Assembly: GCA_001767195.1 (NCBI GenBank)
Contig: MEKU01000080.1
Coordinates: forward strand, 20,566-67,084
Reading direction: 5' to 3'
Origin: Acidobacteria bacterium RIFCSPLOWO2_02_FULL_67_21
Lineage (GTDB): Bacteria > Acidobacteriota > Vicinamibacteria > Vicinamibacterales > UBA2999
DNA length: 46,519 nt
Part shown: positions 8,392-16,495 of the stretch, piece by piece
Layout of the letters: each line of letters opens with the position of its first letter
How positions within the stretch are numbered: the stretch's first letter is position 1
Notes under the pieces: generated by a model
Database searches by the model: none
What the model was told of the DNA's origin: nothing
The model's input: the letters and a program-made list of their open reading frames with translations, nothing else
Position numbers and translations under genes: made by a program

Positions 8392-9228
8392 CTGATCGAT
8401 CTCCATCTGCATACGACGGCGTCCGACGGGCTGTGCTCGCCGCGCGAGCTCGTCGAGCGGGCGTCGGCCGCTGCCGTGACCGCCATGGCGGTCACCGACC
8501 ACGACACGACCGCGGCCGTCGACGAGGTGCGCCGTCTCGCGGCCAGCCGCGGTATCGAAGCGGTGCCGGGCATCGAGATCACCGCCATGGACGACGGCCG
8601 CGACGTGCACGTGCTCGGCTACTTCTTCGACCCGGCCCACGACGGCCTCCAGGCATTTCTCACCGAACAGCGCCGCGCCCGCCGCGCGCGGATCGAGGAG
8701 ATGATCAGGCGCCTCGCCGTGCTCGGCATGCCGATCGACGCTGAGGCACTCGCCGAGGTGGAGGCCGGCGGCGCGGCCTCCGGGCGCTCGATAGGGCGTC
8801 CGCTGATTGCGCGTGCGCTGGTGCGCGGGGGCCACGTTGCCACGACCGATGAGGCGTTCGATCGATGGCTCGAGCGCGGCCGCCCGGCGCACGTGCCTCG
8901 CGCCGGTGCTCCCCCGGAACACGTCATCGACGTCATTCATGCCGCAGGTGGTCTGGCCTCCCTGGCGCATCCCGGCCACGAAGAGGCGGCGCCGCGTATT
9001 CGCGCGCTTGCGGAGGCCGGTCTCGACGCCGTCGAGGTCTACCACCCGGACCACGATGCGGCTGCGGTCGCCGGGATCCTCGCGCTGGCGCGTCACCTGG
9101 GCCTCTGTGTGACCGGGGGATCCGATTTTCACGGCGATCCAGCGTATGGACTGGGGCCGGGAGTGATGGGGCTGCCGCCGCAGGAGTTCGAACGGCTCAA
9201 GTCCGCGTGGCAGCATGCACGCCGGTGA
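8392..9228 (+). CDS. PHP-domain metallophosphoesterase (probable CTG start)
   Basis: In frame upstream of the listed ORF: ctg-atc-gat-ctc-cat-ctg-cat = (M)IDLHLHTTASDG; then TDHDT, PGIEIT, HVLGY, LAHPG, GGSDFHG. Confidence 0.88.
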   Translation: MIDLHLHTTASDGLCSPRELVERASAAAVTAMAVTDHDTTAAVDEVRRLAASRGIEAVPGIEITAMDDGRDVHVLGYFFDPAHDGLQAFLTEQRRARRARIEEMIRRLAVLGMPIDAEALAEVEAGGAASGRSIGRPLIARALVRGGHVATTDEAFDRWLERGRPAHVPRAGAPPEHVIDVIHAAGGLASLAHPGHEEAAPRIRALAEAGLDAVEVYHPDHDAAAVAGILALARHLGLCVTGGSDFHGDPAYGLGPGVMGLPPQEFERLKSAWQHARR

Positions 9229-9952
9229 GGTCCTTCTGCGGCTTCGCGCCGTCCGCAAGGATTACGGCGCCCTGCGCCCGCTGCGGGTGGAGGCGTTCGA
9301 GCTGCGGGAGGCAGAAACGGTCGGCGTGGTGGGCTTGGATAGTGCGGCGGCCGAGGCCCTCGTCAATCTGATTACGGCTGCAACGCTTCCAGACGAGGGG
9401 CAGATCGATATATTCGGCGCACCAACCGTGGAGATCGCCGATGCCGACACGTGGCTTCGTTCGCTCGACCGCTTTGGTCTGGTGAGCGAACGGGTGGCGC
9501 TGGTGAATGAACTGTCCATCGAGCAGAACCTGGCGTTGCCGCTGTCGCTCGACGTGGCGGACATGGCCCCGGACCTCCGCGGCCGCGTTCAGCAGCTGGC
9601 CGCCGAGGTCGGGATGACGTCGGCCGACGCTGAGCGGCCCTTGTCGGCTGCCACAGCTGACCTGCGACAGCGGATACGTCTTGCGAAAGCTCTGGCGCTG
9701 GATCCAAAGATCCTGCTGGCGGAACATCCGAACGCCGCCGTGCCGCGACAGGCCGCCGGACGCCTCGCCTCGGACATGGCGGCGATCGCGGCGCGCCGCC
9801 GGATCGCGATGCTTGTGTTGACGGCGGACACGGCATTTGCGCGCGCCGCCTGCGCGCGGGTCATGACCTGGCAGCCTTCAACCGGAAGCGTGACGCTATT
9901 GCCGTGGTGGCGCCGGTCGTCGCGCAGGCCGGGGAGCGCAGCTCAACCGTAA
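9215..9952 (+). CDS. ABC-ATPase-like protein with degenerate catalytic motifs
   Basis: ABC scaffold is recognisable (LSIEQNLALPL, RQRIRLAKALALDPKILL), but Walker A = GLDSAAAE, signature = LSAAT, Walker B = LLAEHP, H-loop = LTAD. Confidence 0.75.
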   Translation: MHAGEVLLRLRAVRKDYGALRPLRVEAFELREAETVGVVGLDSAAAEALVNLITAATLPDEGQIDIFGAPTVEIADADTWLRSLDRFGLVSERVALVNELSIEQNLALPLSLDVADMAPDLRGRVQQLAAEVGMTSADAERPLSAATADLRQRIRLAKALALDPKILLAEHPNAAVPRQAAGRLASDMAAIAARRRIAMLVLTADTAFARAACARVMTWQPSTGSVTLLPWWRRSSRRPGSAAQP

Positions 9953-10016
9953 CGTGGAACAGAACTTGGATTCGCCTTTCCGGGCCGTCAGGGGACGGCT
10001 GCGGAGGTTACTCGAC

Positions 10017-10229
10017 GTGGCGAGCGGTACGATTAAGCGGTTGGTCCGCGATCGCGGGTTCGGCTTTATTCGAGACGATGGCGGGCAGGAATGGTTCTTT
10101 CACCGGAGTTCGGTGAAGGAACCGTCGTTCGAGGAATTGAACGAGGGACAGCGGGTCGCGTTCGATGAGGAGCCGTCGGCCAAGGGGCCGCGGGCTGGAA
10201 ATATCCGATCCGACTCAACGGCAGCCTAG
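10017..10229 (+). CDS. Cold-shock domain protein
   Basis: GGAGG RBS then GTG; GTIKRLVRDRGFGFI (RNP1), WFFHRS (RNP2), KGPRA. Confidence 0.93.
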   Translation: MASGTIKRLVRDRGFGFIRDDGGQEWFFHRSSVKEPSFEELNEGQRVAFDEEPSAKGPRAGNIRSDSTAA

Positions 10230-10278
10230 ACATCCGCCGCACGGCCGGTGTCATACCCACAGGTCTGACCGGGCAGCC

Positions 10279-10929
10279 CTATGCCCCCAATCCAAGTACG
10301 TACGCCACCAGCCTGGGGAGCTCCTGGACGACGCTGCGGACGTCGCTTCGATACCGCCACCAGCGCGCCGGCTCCGCGGTTTCGTACCTGGTGGCGCGCA
10401 TGACCACGGCGACGGCCGTTCCCTCCAGCTCCCGCCGAAAGGCAAACGCGGAACGTCTGAGGTGGTAGGGCGACGAGACGATGATGACGCGGTCCCAACC
10501 GCGCTCCTGCGCCATGGCTCGAAGCGTCTGGGCTTCCGCTGCTGTGCTCCTGTGCTCCCGTAGGGGAACGATCACGGCCTTGGCTGGAATGCCCATCCTT
10601 CGAAACACGTCCTGCGCGCGGGCGACATCATCGGGAACGCTGACGCCACGCCTGGTAAGCTCCGCGAAGCCGCCTTCGGTCGACTCGCGCGACAGCACGA
10701 GGAACGGGCCGTAGCCGGCCAGGTACAGATCGGCGCCTTCGAGCGCGCGGCGCATCGGAGTTCCGGCGAGCACGAAGATCGCGTCAGCCTTCTGAAGCGG
10801 GTCTTCGCGGGCGAGAAACGGACCGAGCTCGATGAAGCCGTACGCAGCAGCCAGAAGAAGGAGCGGCGTGGCAACCAGGAGAGCGCGGCGGGATGTGCCG
10901 CCTGGCGCGCGTGCGGCTGGCGGCATCAC
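10279..10929 (-). CDS. YdcF/ElyC/SanA (DUF218) family protein
   Basis: N-terminal TM helix, ADAIFVLAG, STAAEA, IIVSSPYHLRRS. Confidence 0.88.
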   Translation of the reverse strand: MMPPAARAPGGTSRRALLVATPLLLLAAAYGFIELGPFLAREDPLQKADAIFVLAGTPMRRALEGADLYLAGYGPFLVLSRESTEGGFAELTRRGVSVPDDVARAQDVFRRMGIPAKAVIVPLREHRSTAAEAQTLRAMAQERGWDRVIIVSSPYHLRRSAFAFRRELEGTAVAVVMRATRYETAEPARWWRYRSDVRSVVQELPRLVAYVLGLGA

Positions 10930-10974
10930 GTCGGCGGGTGTCCCGGCCCCGGCCGGGGCCGGGCGAAATCGGTA

Positions 10975-11181
10975 TCAGCTTTCAATCAGGCGAACGTCAC
11001 CCGCCCGCGGACCCTTCGTGGAGTCCTCCGACGTGAATTCCACGCGCTGCCCCTCCCGCAGCAGCTCGAATACCGCGCCGCGCACGGCACTGCGGTGGAA
11101 GAAATGTTCGATGCCGCTCTCATCGCGAATGAAGCCGAACCCCTTGTCGATGAGGAGGCGTGCGATTGTCCCGGTTGGCAT
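10975..11181 (-). CDS. Cold-shock domain protein
   Basis: GTIARLLIDKGFGFI, FFHRS, EGQRVEF, KGPRA; GGAGG RBS. Confidence 0.93.
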   Translation of the reverse strand: MPTGTIARLLIDKGFGFIRDESGIEHFFHRSAVRGAVFELLREGQRVEFTSEDSTKGPRAGDVRLIES

Positions 11182-11305
11182 GGCCCTGTCCTCCGATGCG
11201 CTAGCCTAGGCGAAATCCCAGACGCTCCATGGACCGCTGTGAGCGAACTATGAAGCCACACTGCAGTGGCGGTCCCTGTGCGCACCGGCGCGCCGAAGCG
11301 CGGCC

Positions 11306-11335
11306 AGTGTAGGGAGTCCCGACAGGGAAAGTCAA
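11306..11335 (-). promoter_or_regulatory. Probable promoter of the minus-strand csp gene, implying a ~120-nt 5' UTR
   Basis: Minus strand reads TTGACT-N18-TACACT. Confidence 0.5.
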
Positions 11336-11401
11336 GGAGTGCCCGAACTCCTTGCGAATCTGCAAATTGCGCTCCGTGTACAGTGCCGGTACGATGGGCC
11401 C

Positions 11402-12016
11402 GTGCCGTCCGAGGGCGTCGCCGCCATCATCCTGGCCGCCGGGGCGTCCACCCGCATGGGGCGCACCAAGGCCCTTCTCCCCGATCCCGACGGGTGCCCT
11501 TTTGTGGCCCGTCTGGTCCGGACGTTTGCCGACGCGGGGATCCGTCACATCGTTGTGGTCACCGGCGCGGAGTCCTCGTCCATCGCCGGGGCCCTTGCGG
11601 CCGACCGCGCTGTCGTCGACCCGATGGTCGTCGTCAACCCCGATCCGGCCCGGGGGCAGCTCTCCTCGTTGTGGGCCGGGCTCGACGCGGTGCGGCCTCT
11701 GGACCCGGCCGCCGTACTGGTCATCCCGGTGGATATGCCGCTCGTGCGGGCCGCAACCATCCGTCAGCTCCTCGAGTCGTGGCGCCGATCGCGGGGAACG
11801 ATCGTGCGGCCGGCTATCGGTGAGCGGCACGGCCATCCCGTACTGTTCGATCGCGCCCTGTTCGATGAGCTGCGGCGCGCCCCGCTCGACGAGGGCGCCC
11901 GCGCCGTCGTCCATGCGCACGCGGCCGACATCGTCGATGTGCTGGTAGACGATGAGGGCTGTATCGCCGATATCGATACGCCGGAGGACTACGAGACGCT
12001 GATCAGGAAAGGATGA
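11402..12016 (+). CDS. MocA/MobA-like nucleotidyltransferase (likely Moco cytidylyltransferase)
   Basis: AIILAAGASTRMGRTKALL, GQLSSL, PVDMP, GHPVLF, DIDTPEDY. Confidence 0.85.
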   Translation: MPSEGVAAIILAAGASTRMGRTKALLPDPDGCPFVARLVRTFADAGIRHIVVVTGAESSSIAGALAADRAVVDPMVVVNPDPARGQLSSLWAGLDAVRPLDPAAVLVIPVDMPLVRAATIRQLLESWRRSRGTIVRPAIGERHGHPVLFDRALFDELRRAPLDEGARAVVHAHAADIVDVLVDDEGCIADIDTPEDYETLIRKG

Positions 12017-12026
12017 ACAACCGATG

Positions 12027-12099
12027 AAATCCCAAACCCCAAATCCCAAATCCTAAAATCAGTTGAAAGTTGGGATTTGGTCATTGGGATTTGGGATTT
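12027..12099. repeat. Inverted heptamer-repeat element (AAATCCC)n...(GGGATTT)n between convergent genes
   Basis: aaatccc aaacccc aaatccc aaatcct, spacer, gggattt ggtcatt gggattt gggattt. Confidence 0.85.
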
Positions 12100-12106
12100 G
12101 ATCGCG

Positions 12107-12889
12107 CTACTGTCTTTGCACCAGCTCGATGCGGACGCCGTCGGGCCCTTCGATGAATGCCAGCCGCATCGACACCCCGCTCGGCAACGTCAACGGCCGA
12201 GGCTCGGTCGCAATCTTCACGTTGCGCCCCTTCAGCTCCGATACCGCGGCATCGACATTCAGCGGGCGAAACCCGATGTGGTCGATGGAGTGACCTTGAC
12301 TGGGCGTGGCGTCACCCTGACGGGCGAGCAGCCACACGCCGCCGTAGTTGATGCCGTCGATCCGATCCTTGAGCTTGCCGGGGCGTCCGCCGAACGTGCT
12401 GGCGTACCACGCTAACGCCGCTGCCGGATCGGGCGCGCGCAGATGCACGTGGTGCAGGCCGAGCTTCTCAGGGTCCTGGGTGACCTCGATGCGAGTCCCC
12501 CAGGGGTCCTCGACGAACGCCAGCTTGAACAGGCCCGGGGCATCGCGCACCGGCTCGAGGACCCTGGCGCCGCCGGCCTGTAGCGCCCGCATCGTCGCAT
12601 CGATGTCGGGCACCGAGAAGCCGATGTGATCGAGGACGCTGCCGGTGCTCGGCTGCGCCTTCTCACTACGCTGGACCAGCAGGCGCGTGTCGCCAAACAG
12701 CAGCCGATCCGGGCCCTCCGTCATTGTCTCGCCGCCGAAGTGCTCGTGGTACCAGGCGACTGCCTTTGCCTGATCTGGTGCGGCCAGGTGAATGTGGTCG
12801 ACGATCGGGCGGAATCCAGTCTGCGCCAACGTGGGAACCTGCAGTGCTGCGATACCGCACGCGCACAGCGCGAGGACGTGCCTACCCAT
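12107..12889 (-). CDS. Secreted tandem-VOC (glyoxalase-like) protein
   Basis: Signal peptide; repeated DHIHL/HHVHL, DHIGF, F.EDPWG.RIE and FIEGPDGVRIELV. Confidence 0.88.
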   Translation of the reverse strand: MGRHVLALCACGIAALQVPTLAQTGFRPIVDHIHLAAPDQAKAVAWYHEHFGGETMTEGPDRLLFGDTRLLVQRSEKAQPSTGSVLDHIGFSVPDIDATMRALQAGGARVLEPVRDAPGLFKLAFVEDPWGTRIEVTQDPEKLGLHHVHLRAPDPAAALAWYASTFGGRPGKLKDRIDGINYGGVWLLARQGDATPSQGHSIDHIGFRPLNVDAAVSELKGRNVKIATEPRPLTLPSGVSMRLAFIEGPDGVRIELVQRQ

Positions 12890-12961
12890 GAGCGCCTCCT
12901 CCTGAACGTTCGGGTCGGCCCTGAAGCTACAAGGAAACGGGGCCGCGCGGCAAGCGTGAGC

Positions 12962-12977
12962 GAAGGATGGTGGACCT
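12962..12977. repeat. Distal att-like direct repeat (copy of tRNA-Ala 3' end plus 6 nt)
   Basis: Identical to 19074-19089. Confidence 0.85.
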
Positions 12978-13067
12978 ATCTTGGTCCGATTCGAACCAGA
13001 TCATCCTATGGTTGAGGCGGATCGACGGGCTCCGCACCGGAGGCGTCACGAACCTGGCGTAATCGAC

Positions 13068-13276
13068 TTATGCGCTGAGTGCCCGCACGGCCGGGCGGTC
13101 CGCTGGCGTCGCACGGCCACCGTATTACCGATCATGTCGAAGAACTCGACTGAGTATCCTTCGTCGGCTAATCCGGTCACGGCGTGTCGTTCCACGACTG
13201 TACCAACATCGCCCGCGCGCAGCCACGTTCGGCGATATCGCGTCAGAATCACGTCGCTGTACACCTCGAATGCCAT
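13068..13276 (-). pseudogene. DUF4926-like gene with internal deletion and frameshift
   Basis: MAFEVYSDVIL...LRAGDVGTVVERH...GYSVEFFDMIGNTVAV; a plausible tail TPADRPAVRALSA* lies in another frame. Confidence 0.7.
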
Positions 13277-13340
13277 GTGCCGACCGTGGGTACATGGTAA
13301 TGAATCGGGGCACGTCGCTTCCACCCTCAATCTGCCAGAT
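13277..13340 (-). pseudogene. C-terminal remnant of a DUF6883-like gene
   Basis: WQIEGGSDVPRFITMYP directly upstream of the DUF4926-like gene, where I recall this partner usually lies. Confidence 0.5.
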
Positions 13341-13432
13341 TAGGCAGAAACGCGCGATCCTTCCGCTCGGCGTCGTCTCGGTCCATCGGGGCGTGCATGG
13401 GCACGAGCCGGTGGTACCATCGGCCGAGGCTG

Positions 13433-13699
13433 ATGCCGCTCAACCCAACCCTTCCCGAGTGGTGGAACTGGGAGCTGTCATTCACCGCTCACGCGGAGCT
13501 TCGTATGGAGCAACGTGGGGTGACGGAAGTGGACGTCCGAGCTATGCTGGAGCGAGCGACACGATACGAGCCGAGCGTCGTCGAGGGCCGTTTCATGATT
13601 CACGCTGCTCATCAACAGCTTCCGTGGATCGTGATCGTTGAGCCCGACGTGGACGCGAGGCTCCTCGTTGTCGTGACGCCATACGAGGTGTCCCAATGA
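13433..13699 (+). CDS. DUF4258-like putative toxin
   Basis: LSFTAHAELRMEQRGVTEVDV...LLVVVTPY; ATGA overlap with the next gene. Confidence 0.75.
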   Translation: MPLNPTLPEWWNWELSFTAHAELRMEQRGVTEVDVRAMLERATRYEPSVVEGRFMIHAAHQQLPWIVIVEPDVDARLLVVVTPYEVSQ

Positions 13700-13968
13700 C
13701 CGAGCGTTCGCTGCAGGTTACGTATCGGAAGGGCCGACCGTTCGCCGCCTACCTACACCTGTCGCACGCAACGGGTGAAAAGAGCGCCAAGACGGTTCCA
13801 GCGCCTGACGGCCTGCTCGTAGTGGACTACGCCGGGAGCGGGCGGCCCATTGGTGTGGAGATTACGGCGCCACTGGCCGTACCCCTGGAGCGACTGAACC
13901 GCCTGCTTGCCGATCTGGGCGAGCCGCCACTGAGCGAACAGGACTACTTGCCTGTTCGAGCGGCGTGA
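13696..13968 (+). CDS. DUF2283-like putative antitoxin
   Basis: AAYLHL...LVVDYAGSGRPIGVEI. Confidence 0.72.
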   Translation: MTERSLQVTYRKGRPFAAYLHLSHATGEKSAKTVPAPDGLLVVDYAGSGRPIGVEITAPLAVPLERLNRLLADLGEPPLSEQDYLPVRAA

Positions 13969-13987
13969 ACACGAGCCATCCGAAGAA

Positions 13988-14119
13988 ATGAAGCAAGCAA
14001 ACTTTCCGGAAGGCTGGGACGAAGAACGCGTTCGTCGGGTGCTCGAACACTACGACAAACAGTCAGATGAAGAAGCCGTAGCAGAGGACGAGGCGGCCTA
14101 CCCGAGACGCGACAGATAG
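13988..14119 (+). pseudogene. Apparently truncated small acidic protein of a type often seen in TA-like pairs
   Basis: Hand translation MKQANFPEGWDEERVRRVLEHYDKQSDEEAVAEDEAAY, then an abrupt junction (PRRDR*). Confidence 0.55.
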
Positions 14120-14232
14120 CCTTCGCAGTCTTCCCACGTAAGGCCGAATTCGCGCACGTCCGCGAGGCCGAGTCTGGCCGTAATGTCACGGAGCGCGTCG
14201 AGATCACGGTCGTCGAACCCTTCGTCCATCAA

Positions 14233-14268
14233 TATGGACTTTACTACATATGCCTCCGCAGCCATAAT
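14233..14268 (+). promoter_or_regulatory. Tandem operator-like palindromes and -10 box of the TA operon
   Basis: TATG-N10-CATA at 14233-14250 and 14249-14266, overlapping CATAAT 7 nt before GTG 14276. Confidence 0.55.
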
Positions 14269-14275
14269 ATCGGTT

Positions 14276-14390
14276 GTGGCTTGGGCTGTCGACCTGCACG
14301 ACCAGTTCATGTCGGAGTTCGAAGCGTTGCCGGAGACAGTACAAGACGAGCTGCTGGCCCACATCGAACCAGGAAGGGGAAGCGACGACC
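14276..14390 (+). pseudogene. RelE/HigB(Tad)-like toxin, internally deleted
   Basis: (M)AWAVDLHDQFMSEFEALPETVQDELLAHIE, only ~31 codons before the antitoxin RBS. Confidence 0.72.
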
Positions 14391-14720
14391 ATGAAGAACT
14401 TGGATCACGTTCGGAAGCAATTGAGCACAGCTCGTCGCAAGAAGGTCGCAGCGCGGGCCGCGGCTCTGATCGCTGAAGAGAGGACGCTTCAAGAACTGCG
14501 GCAGGCACACAAACTCACCCAGAAGCGGATGGCGGAAGTCCTCGGCATCGGTCAGGACAGCGTGTCGAGGCTCGAGCAGCGTAGCGATCTTCTCATCTCC
14601 ACGCTGCGTGGATATGTCGAGGCGATGGGCGGACGTTTGTCGCTAATTGCGGAATTTCCAAATCAGGAGCCCGTCATTCTGGCCGGCCTGAAGGCGATCG
14701 AGGCAGAGCAGAGTCGATAG
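14391..14720 (+). CDS. XRE-family HTH antitoxin (HigA/Ata-like)
   Basis: TLQELRQAHKLTQKRMAEVLGIGQDSVSRLEQRSDLLISTLRGYVEAMGGRL. Confidence 0.88.
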   Translation: MKNLDHVRKQLSTARRKKVAARAAALIAEERTLQELRQAHKLTQKRMAEVLGIGQDSVSRLEQRSDLLISTLRGYVEAMGGRLSLIAEFPNQEPVILAGLKAIEAEQSR

Positions 14721-15063
14721 CGCTCAGACCTTGAATTACTGGGGTTGGTGTTCCGTACTCAGGCCAGCGACTCTGGACGCCGGACGAGCGCAAGCGCATC
14801 GCGTTTCCCATTCTCGGTGCTTCACCGTGTGAGGGTGTCCCGCAATCGTCTTCGGACGGCGATCTGATTTCTTAGGCTTTCGGAACAGTTAAGACGGTGT
14901 GGGGCGTGTCCCGCAAACAGGTGTTTCCGGGACAGACACCACCAGGCCCGGTACCGGGAAGGGCCGCCGCAACCGAAGTCGCGATGCGTCTGCAACACCG
15001 TTTGTTCACGTCGTTGACTCACCATTCGGAATTGCGGTGATCAGCCCAGCCGTAGGAGGACGT

Positions 15064-16484
15064 ATGCGGCGAATGTCGAACGTGATCCTGTCAGGTCTCA
15101 TTCTTTTCGTCGCAGGGTGTGCCGCTCCACCAGCCAGCCGCCAGCGGCGGCACGAAGCGCCACACTATTCGAGGGCGCGCGGCTGATTATCGGTGACGAG
15201 GCCCCGCCCATCGAAGATTCCGCGTTCGTAGTGCAGGATGGCAAGTTCACTTCTGTCGGCCGACGCGGTCAGGTGCAGGCCCCGGACGGGGCCGCTCGGG
15301 TCGATCTGACGGGCAAGACCGTCATGCCCGGCATCATCGAGGCACACGCACACCTGGGGTACTGGAAAGATCTAAAACCCTCGGGGGAAAACTTCACGCG
15401 CGAGCAACTCCTCCAGGATTTGCAGCGCTTCGCGTACCACGGCGTCGTCGCGGTCCACAGCATGGGAGCGGACCGCAGAGAGATCGCGTGGCCGTTGCGC
15501 GATGAGCTCCGGGCGAATCCGCGCCCCGATGCGGCGATGTATCTCTCGGCCGGTGGGTTCTCCACGCCGAAGGGCGGACCCGCGCCGCCTCTCGACGCGG
15601 CCGTTCGCGTGGTGACGAACGAGGAGGAAGTGCGAAAGGAGATTCAGGAGCTGGTTGCGAAGAAGGCCGACTTCGTCAAAGTGTGGCAGGACATCCGGCG
15701 TGAGCTGATGCCCAGGCCTGTGATTGAATTCCTCATCGCCGAGGCCCACAGGAACAACCTCCGCGTCGTGGCCCATACTCACGCGATGTCGGATTTCAAG
15801 CACCTGCTGCGAGCCGGGCTCGACGCGTTCGCCCATCCGACGTGGCGCCAGACAGAAGTCGAACCGGTGGACGATGAGCTCATCGCGCTGTTCAAGGCGC
15901 ATCCGAACGTGCCGGTGATGCCCGGCTTCTGGACACCGCGCCACGAGATCTACGGTGCGCGGCCTTACTGGCTCGACGATCCGCTGCTTGCCGAGACGTT
16001 CACGCAGGCCGAGATCAAGGCGTTGGAGAATCCAAAGATACCCAGTGACGCGCCTCAGACGTGGGCGAGCGGCCCCGTGCCCCGGAGTATGAAGAGGCTC
16101 AAAGCGGCGGGCGTTCGGTTCGTGCTTGGGACCGACATGGGCGGAGGCTTTTCACTTGAACACGACCCTACACCCGCCTATCTGGGATGGAGCACGCACA
16201 TCGAGATGGAGAGCATGGTGAAGGCCGGTCTGACGCCGAGCGAGGTCATAACAGCGGCCACGCGCAACTCCGCTCAAATCCTCGGGCTCGATCAACTTGG
16301 CACGGTGGCCTCTGGCAAGAACGTCGACTTCCTTGTGCTCGACGCGAATCCGCTGGACAACATCGCCAACACGCGCCGGATCTCGCGCGTGTACCTGCGG
16401 GGCGGGCAAGTCGACCGCGCGGCACTGAGAACACAGTTGAAGGGCGGGTCTGCAGCCGCAACGCGTCCGCCGACAACCGATTGA
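15064..16484 (+). pseudogene. Amidohydrolase-family lipoprotein, frameshifted just after the lipobox
   Basis: AGGAGG RBS and ATG 15064 give MRRMSNVILSGLILFVAGC; the catalytic body (DLTGKTVMPGIIEAHAH, VAHTH, FAHP, LGTD) is in another frame from ~15130. Confidence 0.75.
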
Positions 16485-16495
16485 CGCCGAGTTTG

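Noticed and set aside
12027-12099. Possible CRISPR array
   Set aside because: Units are 7-bp tandem repeats without unique spacers, and there are no cas genes; the AddB nuclease only shares the Cas4-like fold.
14098-14232. Minus-strand peptide MDEGFDDRDLDALRDITARLG... as a gene
   Set aside because: Probably a fragment, but no family is recognisable and its upstream part is the TA promoter.
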